A stretch of DNA of 43,477 bases. Origin: Candidatus Daviesbacteria bacterium. Lineage in GTDB: Bacteria > Patescibacteriota > Microgenomatia > Daviesbacterales > UBA10151. The translations under genes and the position numbers were made by a program. The DNA is taken from the NCBI GenBank assembly GCA_016187035.1, contig JACPKL010000007.1, forward strand, positions 1 to 43,477, given 5' to 3'. Below the pieces are notes generated by a model. The model was not told where the DNA came from and made no database searches. It was given only the letters and a program-made list of their open reading frames with translations. Every line of letters begins with the position of its first letter. Within the stretch, counting starts at the first letter, position 1. Positions 17,622 through 24,594 of this stretch are shown here, in pieces.

Positions 17622-18221
17622 TTAAAGGGGTGATATTATTGAACTTGGTAGATCCTCTTCAGCCTCAAAAAAAGGGCCATAGGCATCATGGCCCCCATCT
17701 GAACTCAACATTTCAAAGCGTCGGACTAGTTTTCTGTTAGGATTCTTAATAGCTAAAGTTAATCTGTCCCTTAATAATCCCTCAAAAGGCCACTCCTCAA
17801 CCCCTAAAACACTCGTACCATCCCCAGCTGCTAATATCATAAGTGTTTGTGCGTGGCCATCAGGAATAATTCTCACCTCAGCAAATGTTTGCACCGGTGT
17901 ATTATCTGGTAGTAACAGAGCATCTGGGGAAACAATCCTTCTAATATCAAATCTGCCAAAAGCAATAAAGTTAGGCTGCTCAGGAGTAAAACAAGGAGAA
18001 GACCACACATAAGCTGTTTTTGGATCAAACAACCCCATTTCCTCAAGTATTCCTCTCATAAGTTGCTCTGAACGTGAAGCATGATATAAAGCCTGGTCAG
18101 AGAGAAATTCTTGTTCTAATCTTGCAATTAATCCTTTCTGTCTCTTTAATCTCCAATCACTCCAGCTGCGCCAAGCAACTCCTAGTGGTTTTATAACGGC
18201 TCCTTGGATAAGTCTTTCCAT
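17622..18221 (-). CDS. Hypothetical protein
   Basis: 199-aa ORF filling the gap upstream of uvrA; no motif recognised. Confidence 0.6.
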   Translation of the reverse strand: MERLIQGAVIKPLGVAWRSWSDWRLKRQKGLIARLEQEFLSDQALYHASRSEQLMRGILEEMGLFDPKTAYVWSSPCFTPEQPNFIAFGRFDIRRIVSPDALLLPDNTPVQTFAEVRIIPDGHAQTLMILAAGDGTSVLGVEEWPFEGLLRDRLTLAIKNPNRKLVRRFEMLSSDGGHDAYGPFFEAEEDLPSSIISPL

Positions 18222-18241
18222 AAAATGTAAATCAAAATCAC

Positions 18242-18260
18242 TCCTACCTCCGAGGTAGGA
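18242..18260. repeat. Perfect short palindrome TCCTACCTCCGAGGTAGGA (REP-like, TCCYAC subfamily)
   Basis: 8-bp stem with CCG loop; related to the hairpin at 21636-21652. Confidence 0.7.
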
Positions 18261-18280
18261 ATGTTCTTCCCAGCCGATTT

Positions 18281-18363
18281 GTCATTCCGACCAAGTCTGA
18301 CTTGGGAGGAATCTTCCATGATCGGGGAAGATTGCCACGCTCACTGTGTTCGCTCAAAGTGAC
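18281..18363. repeat. Composite GTCATT...TGAC miniature palindromic element
   Basis: GTCATTCCGA-CCAAGTC-T-GACTTGG-GAGG-AATCTTCC...GGAAGATT-GCCACGCTCAC...CGCTCAAAGTGAC; internal hairpins and terminal GTCA/TGAC. Confidence 0.7.
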
Positions 18364-18419
18364 ATTACTGGGAAATACTAATTAAGTACAGACGTAGGGT
18401 TTGTGAAGATACTTAAGAG

Positions 18420-18878
18420 ATGGTACAATTCTGCCAATTCATGGTAGAAACAGAAGAAGAATTAGGTCCAGGATTTGAACCTATAAGTCCAGAAATTAAA
18501 GAAGCGCTAGGTCATACAGATTCCCGTTTTCCAGCTTTATGGAAGAGAATAGATCAACAAATGAGAAAAACCTTTTCTATAGGCACAGACAAGAATAAGC
18601 TATCTCAATTAGCTGCGGAATGGCAAAGACTGGACGAGGAAAATGATGCAATATATCCATCTGAAGAAGAGCTTTCTCAACCATCAAGTCCTGAGGATGA
18701 AGCTGCACGAGTAGAGGAAAGTCGTGCAATATATCTATCCGCAGTAGTGCTCCCTCGACCATCAAGTCCTGAGGATAAAGCTGCACGAGCAGCTGATAAT
18801 CTTAGGGGTAGATATCCCCGACCTGCTCGGCTACAAAGGTGGGAAGCTAAACCCTTAATTCCTTTATCTGATCCCTAA
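18420..18878 (+). CDS. Hypothetical acidic protein with an internal 26-aa duplication
   Basis: 152-aa ORF; 78-bp in-frame tandem repeat; 3' end overlaps the end of uvrB convergently by 32 nt. Confidence 0.45.
   Translation: MVQFCQFMVETEEELGPGFEPISPEIKEALGHTDSRFPALWKRIDQQMRKTFSIGTDKNKLSQLAAEWQRLDEENDAIYPSEEELSQPSSPEDEAARVEESRAIYLSAVVLPRPSSPEDKAARAADNLRGRYPRPARLQRWEAKPLIPLSDP
18636..18789 (+). repeat. 78-bp tandem duplication (two diverged units)
   Basis: TGCAATATAT at 18647 and 18725; CCATCAAGTCCTGAGGAT(G/A)AAGCTGCACGAG in both units. Confidence 0.85.
18837..18851. repeat. Degenerate half REP-like element at the uvrB stop codon
   Basis: Minus strand TTTAGCTTCCCACCT; shares the TTAGCTT foot, and its TAG is the uvrB stop. 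Confidence 0.5.
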
Positions 18879-20820
18879 GTTTAGCTGCCAGTTCAAAGTC
18901 TAAAATAGCTGCTGCTTGTTTCATTTGCTGCTGCAAATTGTTAATCATCTTTGCTCTTTCTTTAACAGGTATGTCTTCCACCTTCAGATCATGTTTTCCT
19001 AAAGATTCCTCCAGCTCCTCTACTTTTTCAATCAATCTTTCTCTTAAACCTTTCTCAATAGATCTTGGAGTTATATTATGTTTTCTGTTATATTCAAGTT
19101 GATACTCTCTTCTTCTTTCCACTTCATCAATGGCTGCTTTCATGCTTTTTGTCATATTATCTGCATACATAATTACCTGACCATTAATATGCCTGGCTGC
19201 CCTGCCCATAGTTTGAATTAAAGAAGTCCTTGACCTTAAAAAGCCTTCTTTATCTGCATCCAAAATAACCACCAAAGAAACCTCAGGTAAATCCAGCCCC
19301 TCCCGAAGTAAATTAATTCCCACAATCACATCATATTCTCCCAGCCTTAAAGACTGTAAAATATCAGACCTTTCCAAAGTAGCAATATCTGAATGAAGAT
19401 AATTTACTTTAGTCCCCTTTTCTTTTAGAAATTCAGACAAATCTTCAGCCATTCTTTTGGTTAATGTGGTAATCAGCACCCTTTCACCTTTCCTAACCCT
19501 TTCTTCCACCTCTAAAGTCACATCCTGGATTTGCCCTTGGGTTGGCCTAACTGAAATTTTGGGATCAACAATGCCTGTAGGCCTTATTAATTGCTCAGCT
19601 ATATTATCTTTCCCAGCTAAACTTAGCTCATATTCATCAGGAGTGGCTGAAACATAAATAACTTTGTCTAATTTTCTTTGGAATTCGTCAAATTTAAGAG
19701 GCCTGTTATCCAGAGCAGATGGCAGCCTAAAACCAAACTCCACCAGAGTACTTTTGCGGGATCTGTCCCCATTATACATTCCCCTAATTTGTGGCAGAGT
19801 AATATGAGATTCATCAATTACCAATAAAAAATCTTTAGGAAAATATTCCATTAAAGTATATGGTGGTTCTCCACTCTTTCTGCCTTCAAAATATCTGGAA
19901 TAATTCTCAATCCCGTTACAAAAACCAAACTCTTTTATCATTTCCAAGTCATAATAAGTCCTTTGCTCAAGTCTTTGTGCTTCTAATAACTTATTTTGTT
20001 TTCTTAACTGGTTAATCCTAAATCTTAAATCTTCTGCAATTTGCTGCAAGGCTGGTTTCAATCTTTGCTCAGGAGTAATATAGTGCTTGGCAGGATATAT
20101 GGAGATAGTTTGGGGAGTAGGAGTAACAGATCCACTTATTGGATCAAGATGTGAGAGCTTTTCAATTTTATCTCCCAACAACTCAACCCTGATGGCTTGG
20201 TCTGAGTAACCAGGGAAAATATCAATAGTATCCCCTTTCACCCTGTAAGTTGCTCTTTTAAAATCAATGTCATTTCGGAGGTAGAACATTTTATTAAGCA
20301 TCTTTAATATAGCCTCAAATCCTATCCTTACTCCCTGCTTAATTTCCAAAATAGCTCCTTTATATTCCTGAGGGTTTCCTAAGTTATAAATTGCAGAAAC
20401 AGAAGCAACCACAATCACATCTTTTCTGCAAAGTAAAGAAGTGGTGGCAGATAATCTTAATTTTTCTATCTCCTCATTAATTTCTGTTTCCTTTTCTATA
20501 TAAGTATCAGAGGAAGGAACATAAGCTTCTGGCTGGTAATAATCATAATAAGAGACAAAATATTCCACAGTATTTTTAGGAAAAAGGGATCTAAACTCTT
20601 GTGTGAGCTGACCAGCCAGAGTTTTGTTGTGGGAAATAACCAAAGTAGGTTTTTGTATTTTTTCAATCACCTGGGCCACAGTAAAAGTTTTACCAGAACC
20701 AGTCACTCCCAGCAAGACTTGATGCTCTTTTCCAGCATTTATGCCAGCAACTAACTTCTCAGTAGCTTGAGGCTGATCACCAGTTGGTTTAAAATCAGAG
20801 ACAATTTGGAATTTTCCCAT
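18847..20820 (-). CDS. uvrB: Excinuclease ABC subunit B
   Basis: GVTGSGKT, VIDESH, GINLLREGLD and QTMGRAAR helicase motifs; C-terminal UVR domain. Confidence 0.99.
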   Translation of the reverse strand: MGKFQIVSDFKPTGDQPQATEKLVAGINAGKEHQVLLGVTGSGKTFTVAQVIEKIQKPTLVISHNKTLAGQLTQEFRSLFPKNTVEYFVSYYDYYQPEAYVPSSDTYIEKETEINEEIEKLRLSATTSLLCRKDVIVVASVSAIYNLGNPQEYKGAILEIKQGVRIGFEAILKMLNKMFYLRNDIDFKRATYRVKGDTIDIFPGYSDQAIRVELLGDKIEKLSHLDPISGSVTPTPQTISIYPAKHYITPEQRLKPALQQIAEDLRFRINQLRKQNKLLEAQRLEQRTYYDLEMIKEFGFCNGIENYSRYFEGRKSGEPPYTLMEYFPKDFLLVIDESHITLPQIRGMYNGDRSRKSTLVEFGFRLPSALDNRPLKFDEFQRKLDKVIYVSATPDEYELSLAGKDNIAEQLIRPTGIVDPKISVRPTQGQIQDVTLEVEERVRKGERVLITTLTKRMAEDLSEFLKEKGTKVNYLHSDIATLERSDILQSLRLGEYDVIVGINLLREGLDLPEVSLVVILDADKEGFLRSRTSLIQTMGRAARHINGQVIMYADNMTKSMKAAIDEVERRREYQLEYNRKHNITPRSIEKGLRERLIEKVEELEESLGKHDLKVEDIPVKERAKMINNLQQQMKQAAAILDFELAAKLRDQIKELRV

Positions 20821-20852
20821 CCTTAAATTTTACCACGAAAAAGACCCGATGA

Positions 20853-20890
20853 TTGTAGCCTGCAACCTCGAAGGTTGCAGCGTAAACTAA
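20853..20890. repeat. REP-like family B element between uvrB and the pilin-like gene
   Basis: TTGTAGC-CTGCAACC-TCGAA-GGTTGCAG-CGTAAACTAA. Confidence 0.9.
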
Positions 20891-20905
20891 GACAGAAGGG
20901 TTTAT

Positions 20906-21571
20906 TTATTGATCCAGGAATTTAAAGGTGGAAAGGATTTGGTCCATTAATTTTTCATCTGTGCCATATATGCTATGAAAAATAAACGCATGATTTTTCG
21001 CAACCATAAGAATTTCAAAAAATTCTTCCTCCCCGGGATTTGGCCCAGGATCTGAGCGTCTATCCCGTCTGTCCTGGATTTTATACCAAAGCACATCATT
21101 ACCAGCAATCTTAAAATCTTTTGAGATAAGCGTAGCTTTATTTGTGACTGAATAACCATAGTCCTTCTTAACCATGGCAACTACTTCTTCAAGGGTGCCT
21201 GAAAATGGAACAGTCTTAAGAAAGTAGGCCGCGTCATAGTGAGGACTGTTTCCTGGAAAATTGACCACTTCATTATCCTCAGTTCCGTCTACTGTATAAG
21301 TATTACCTCCATCTGGACCTTTTACGTAGTAAGGGTACCTTTTACCATTAGGGTAACTAATTTCAAATCCAATCTTAGTATTTTTATAGATACCCCAACT
21401 AGCAATTCCATTAGCGGTTGGATTAGAAGTTGGGGTAGGTTGGGAAGTGGTGGTTGGGGAAGTAGGCTGGGATCTTTGGGTGCCTAGGTAATATGCCCCA
21501 CCAACTATGCCAGTTATTAGGATAGCTCCAAGTAAGATTAAAACTGGTGTAAAGCCTTTTTGATTAATCAC
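20906..21571 (-). CDS. Membrane-anchored surface protein with a prepilin-like N-terminus (start revised to GTG at 21571)
   Basis: NQKGF followed by a hydrophobic helix and a Pro/Thr linker; extended -10 TGA-TATACT (21579-84) 7 nt before this GTG. Confidence 0.7.
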   Translation of the reverse strand: MINQKGFTPVLILLGAILITGIVGGAYYLGTQRSQPTSPTTTSQPTPTSNPTANGIASWGIYKNTKIGFEISYPNGKRYPYYVKGPDGGNTYTVDGTEDNEVVNFPGNSPHYDAAYFLKTVPFSGTLEEVVAMVKKDYGYSVTNKATLISKDFKIAGNDVLWYKIQDRRDRRSDPGPNPGEEEFFEILMVAKNHAFIFHSIYGTDEKLMDQILSTFKFLDQ

Positions 21572-21633
21572 TAAATTCAGTATATCACTTTTTCCTAAAG
21601 TCAATATTTAGGTGTATTGATGGAATGTTTGAA

Positions 21634-21658
21634 TTCCCACATTCCATGTGGGAGCTAC
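21634..21658 (-). repeat. REP-like hairpin with a GTAG foot
   Basis: Minus strand GTAGCT-CCCACAT-GGA-ATGTGGG-AA; perfect 7-bp stem. Confidence 0.75.
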
Positions 21659-21677
21659 GAAAAGAGTTTTTACTTAA

Positions 21678-21715
21678 AGTTTGTGCGGTAACCTTCGAGG
21701 TTGCAGTGTGTAAAT
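21678..21715 (-). repeat. REP-like family B element in reverse orientation
   Basis: AGTTTGTGCGGT-AACC-TTCGA-GGTT-GCAGTGTGTAAAT. Confidence 0.8.
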
Positions 21716-21743
21716 ATTAGGATTTTGATATAGTTTTACCTAG

Positions 21744-21773
21744 TTGACATATTTCGGGTTTTATTGGTAGAGT
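21744..21773 (+). promoter_or_regulatory. Sigma70 promoter of lexA
   Basis: TTGACA (21744-49), 18-nt spacer, TGn-TAGAGT (21768-73). Confidence 0.75.
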
Positions 21774-21786
21774 ATATGGTGTTAAT

Positions 21787-21876
21787 ATGCCTATTACTTT
21801 ATACCGCAGACAAAAACAAATATTGGGCTTTACTGTCGAAGACAGGAAGACCAAAAAGGATATATTATGCCTATAA
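21787..21876 (+). other. 29-codon upstream ORF whose first 15 codons encode the same peptide as the LexA N-terminus (recoded duplicate)
   Basis: Translates to MPITLYRRQKQILGFTVEDRKTKKDILCL*; out of frame with lexA (80-nt offset); stop lies inside lexA codons 3-4. Confidence 0.85.
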
Positions 21877-22484
21877 CGCTTTATCGACGCCAAAAGCAAA
21901 TTTTGGGATTCATCAAACAATATATTGAAAAATATGGTTATTCCCCAACGCTGGGTGAAATAGCTGAAGCAATTGGTGTTTCTTCTTTGGCCACAGTCCA
22001 TGAACATCTGCAGGCTTTAGCTCATAAAGGAGTTATTAAAAGATTTGAAGGAGCAGTCAGGGGAATTGAAGTTTTAGACCAAAAAATTTCCAATGCTTTA
22101 CAGGGAATTGAATTGCCTATTTTAGGATTTATTGCTGCCGGCCAGCCAATCATGACTTATACTGATCCTGATGCTACTGTTAAAGTTGCCCCTTCTATGG
22201 TCTCTGGCAAAAAAAGGTCCTATGTTTTACAGGTTAAAGGAGATTCCATGATTGAGGAAGGAATATTAGATGGAGATTATGTGATTATTGAGGAACAGAA
22301 TACAGCTCATGACGGAGATATTGTAGTAGCTCTTTTAGATAATGGTTTGGCTACTTTAAAAAGATTTTTCAGAGAGCCAAATAGGATCAGACTTGAGCCA
22401 GCCAATTCTTCTATGGCTCCAATGTATGCTACAGATGTAAAGATTCAGGGAAAATGTGTCGGGGTAATTAGAAGGTTTCAGTAA
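21867..22484 (+). CDS. lexA: SOS transcriptional repressor LexA
   Basis: wHTH region (YSPTLGEIAEAIG), IAAGQP cleavage site, VKGDSM serine, ATLKRF lysine. Confidence 0.97.
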   Translation: MPITLYRRQKQILGFIKQYIEKYGYSPTLGEIAEAIGVSSLATVHEHLQALAHKGVIKRFEGAVRGIEVLDQKISNALQGIELPILGFIAAGQPIMTYTDPDATVKVAPSMVSGKKRSYVLQVKGDSMIEEGILDGDYVIIEEQNTAHDGDIVVALLDNGLATLKRFFREPNRIRLEPANSSMAPMYATDVKIQGKCVGVIRRFQ

Positions 22485-22485
22485 G

Positions 22486-22905
22486 TCATTTTTTGGAAAG
22501 CTTTTTCTTCTGCTCTCTGGTAATTTCTTTTTCTTTTTCAACTAATTGTTCTTCAGCCTTTTTTTTGCCTCTAAATAAATTGTAGACATTGAATGTAGGA
22601 AGGCCTGCTAAAACAATAAATCCAATAATATCCTTGCCTTGTAAAATCAACCACCCTCCTATTAAAACTAGTAGGATAGTTATGGCAGAAGCATAATCTC
22701 TGCCTCTTTTCTCATTTTTAATATTTGCCTCAACAATTTCCCTTTCAAGTTTTTGTCTATGTTTAGCTTGCTGTTCAGCTAAAGAAATAATCCTATTTAT
22801 TGAACCTGGACGAATTCTTTCATAATGATCCAACACACGGGGATTTGGGAATGTAGCCAAAAAAGGCTCTTTATTCTTAGTCTGTAGTGTTTTTAATCGT
22901 GACAT
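22486..22905 (-). CDS. DUF2335-like membrane protein
   Basis: PNPRVLDHYERIRPGSINRIISLAEQQAKHRQ segment plus two TM helices. Confidence 0.75.
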   Translation of the reverse strand: MSRLKTLQTKNKEPFLATFPNPRVLDHYERIRPGSINRIISLAEQQAKHRQKLEREIVEANIKNEKRGRDYASAITILLVLIGGWLILQGKDIIGFIVLAGLPTFNVYNLFRGKKKAEEQLVEKEKEITREQKKKLSKK

Positions 22906-23119
22906 ATTTTTCTTGAGCAGATGCTTGAAATTTTAATACTGAATTAGCTAAATCTAATCCTACAATTGACCAATCTCTGATTAGCTGCTGATTATCATTT
23001 TTGTTGCCTAACCCAGTCCCATAATATATATCAAGTGTACTAAATATATCAATAGTCCTGATTAATCCTTTTAAAAAGGAGGGGTATGAATATAAAGAGG
23101 AAGAAACGAAAGTTGACAT
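22877..23119 (-). CDS. Small hypothetical protein, probable partner of the DUF2335-like gene
   Basis: 80 aa; overlaps the downstream start; SFLKG...ID and DWSIVGLDL segments resemble small proteins I recall preceding DUF2335 genes (unverified). Confidence 0.5.
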   Translation of the reverse strand: MSTFVSSSLYSYPSFLKGLIRTIDIFSTLDIYYGTGLGNKNDNQQLIRDWSIVGLDLANSVLKFQASAQEKYVTIKNTTD

Positions 23120-23195
23120 AATTTAGTTGTATTGTATTGTAAACCACTCTGTCAAGGATTGTATAAGAAAAAGTTAACTGGTATACTATTTTTTT

Positions 23196-23843
23196 ATGCA
23201 TTTTGATTTGGTTTCTTTGATTAAAACCTTTGGACTTTTAGGAGTTTTTATTATTGTCTTTGTAGAGTCAGGTCTTTTAATTGGCTTTTTCTTTCCAGGA
23301 GATTCTCTTTTATTTACAGCTGGCTTTTTGGCCTCACAAGATGTATTTAATATATATATCTTAGCTATAGGTTGTTTTATTGCTGCAGTAACAGGAGACT
23401 CAATTGGTTACTACATTGGCCATAAATGGGGCAGAAAACTATTTCATAAGGAAGATTCCATTTTTTTCCATAAAGACCATTTGTTAAAAGCACAAGCCTT
23501 TTATGAAAAACATGGAGGTAAAACCATTATTTTAGCCCGTTTTATGCCAATAATAAGAACATTTGCACCAGTTGTTGCTGGTATTGGCTCTATGAGATAC
23601 CCCAACTTTTTATTTTATAATCTTGTGGGAGGATTTTTATGGGCAGTTTGTGTAACTTTAGCCGGTTACTTTTTGGGCCAAGTAATTCCTGCTGAGGTGG
23701 CAGATAAATATATAATTATAATTACTTTAGCAATTATCCTGCTTTCTATTTCTCCGGGTTTGTATCATGCTTTAAAAAATAAAGAATCCAGAGCTAAAAC
23801 TTTTAAACTCTGCTCCCTGCTTTTTAGGAAATTATATCCTTAA
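23196..23843 (+). CDS. DedA/VTT family membrane protein
   Basis: ESGLLIGFFFPGDSLLF and ARFMPIIRTFAP motifs. Confidence 0.93.
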   Translation: MHFDLVSLIKTFGLLGVFIIVFVESGLLIGFFFPGDSLLFTAGFLASQDVFNIYILAIGCFIAAVTGDSIGYYIGHKWGRKLFHKEDSIFFHKDHLLKAQAFYEKHGGKTIILARFMPIIRTFAPVVAGIGSMRYPNFLFYNLVGGFLWAVCVTLAGYFLGQVIPAEVADKYIIIITLAIILLSISPGLYHALKNKESRAKTFKLCSLLFRKLYP

Positions 23844-23848
23844 GCAAT

Positions 23849-24592
23849 ATGTTATATATCATCCCAACCCCTATTGGTAATCTAAAAGATATTACTTTAA
23901 GGGCATTGGAGGTTTTACAAAGCGTTGATGGAATTGTTTGTGAAGATACCAGAAGAACTGCCCAGCTTCTTACCCACTACCAAATCAAAAAAAACCTGCT
24001 TGTTTTAAATGATTATAATGAAACAAAAATTTTCCCACAGATAATTGAGAGATTAAAAACCGAAGAGAACTTAGCTTTAGTCTCTGACGCAGGTACTCCA
24101 CTTATTTCTGATCCAGGATATAAACTGATCAGGGAATGTATCAGGGAAGGAATTATGATTGACTCACTTCCTGGACCATCTTCTGTGGTTACAGCTTTAA
24201 CACTCTCAGGGTTACCACCTGATAAATTTTTCTTTTTAGGCTACCCACCAGAGAAAGGTGGACAAAGAATAAAACTCTTCCAAAGTTTGTGCGTCAACCT
24301 GGAAGGTTGCAACGTAAATCCGGCGCCAGATAGGTGCTGGGTAAACTTGGGAACTATTGTAATGTTTGTCTCACCCTATAAGCTAATGAGAACTTTAGAA
24401 GATTTACAAAAAGTCTTTGGGGATATTGATGTTGTTCTAGCTCATGAATTAACTAAAATCCACCAAAGCGTGGAAAGTAAATTAATCAGCCAGTGGCTTA
24501 AGGATTTAAAATATCCAAAGGGAGAATATGTTCTGCTTTTCAGGCTAACCCCTGGGGTTCAAAGCTATTCAACCCCTGGGGTTGGAACGTAA
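23849..24592 (+). CDS. rsmI: 16S rRNA (cytidine-1402-2'-O)-methyltransferase RsmI, carrying REP-derived insertions
   Basis: LYIIPTPIGNLKDIT, CEDTR, LVSDAGTPLISDPG and ELTKIH motifs. Confidence 0.93.
   Translation: MLYIIPTPIGNLKDITLRALEVLQSVDGIVCEDTRRTAQLLTHYQIKKNLLVLNDYNETKIFPQIIERLKTEENLALVSDAGTPLISDPGYKLIRECIREGIMIDSLPGPSSVVTALTLSGLPPDKFFFLGYPPEKGGQRIKLFQSLCVNLEGCNVNPAPDRCWVNLGTIVMFVSPYKLMRTLEDLQKVFGDIDVVLAHELTKIHQSVESKLISQWLKDLKYPKGEYVLLFRLTPGVQSYSTPGVGT
24283..24348. repeat. 66-nt in-frame tandem of two REP-like hairpins inside rsmI
   Basis: AAGTTTGTGCGT-CAACC-TGGAA-GGTTG-CAACGTAAAT followed by CCGGCGCC-AGATA-GGTGCTGG-GTAAACTT; encodes about SLCVNLEGCNVNPAPDRCWVNL. Confidence 0.85.
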
Positions 24593-24594
24593 AA
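24545..24594. repeat. REP-like family A doublet at a convergent gene junction
   Basis: CTAACCCCTGGGGTTCAAAGCTATTCAACCCCTGGGGTTGGAACGTAAAA; near-identical to 8238-8283. Confidence 0.92.

Noticed and set aside
21572-21604. TTG start at 21604 for the pilin-like gene
   Set aside because: The extension overlaps a good extended -10 box; GTG at 21571 gives a typical prepilin-like N-terminus
21717-22007. 96-aa minus-strand ORF
   Set aside because: Antisense to lexA and its promoter; no coding evidence
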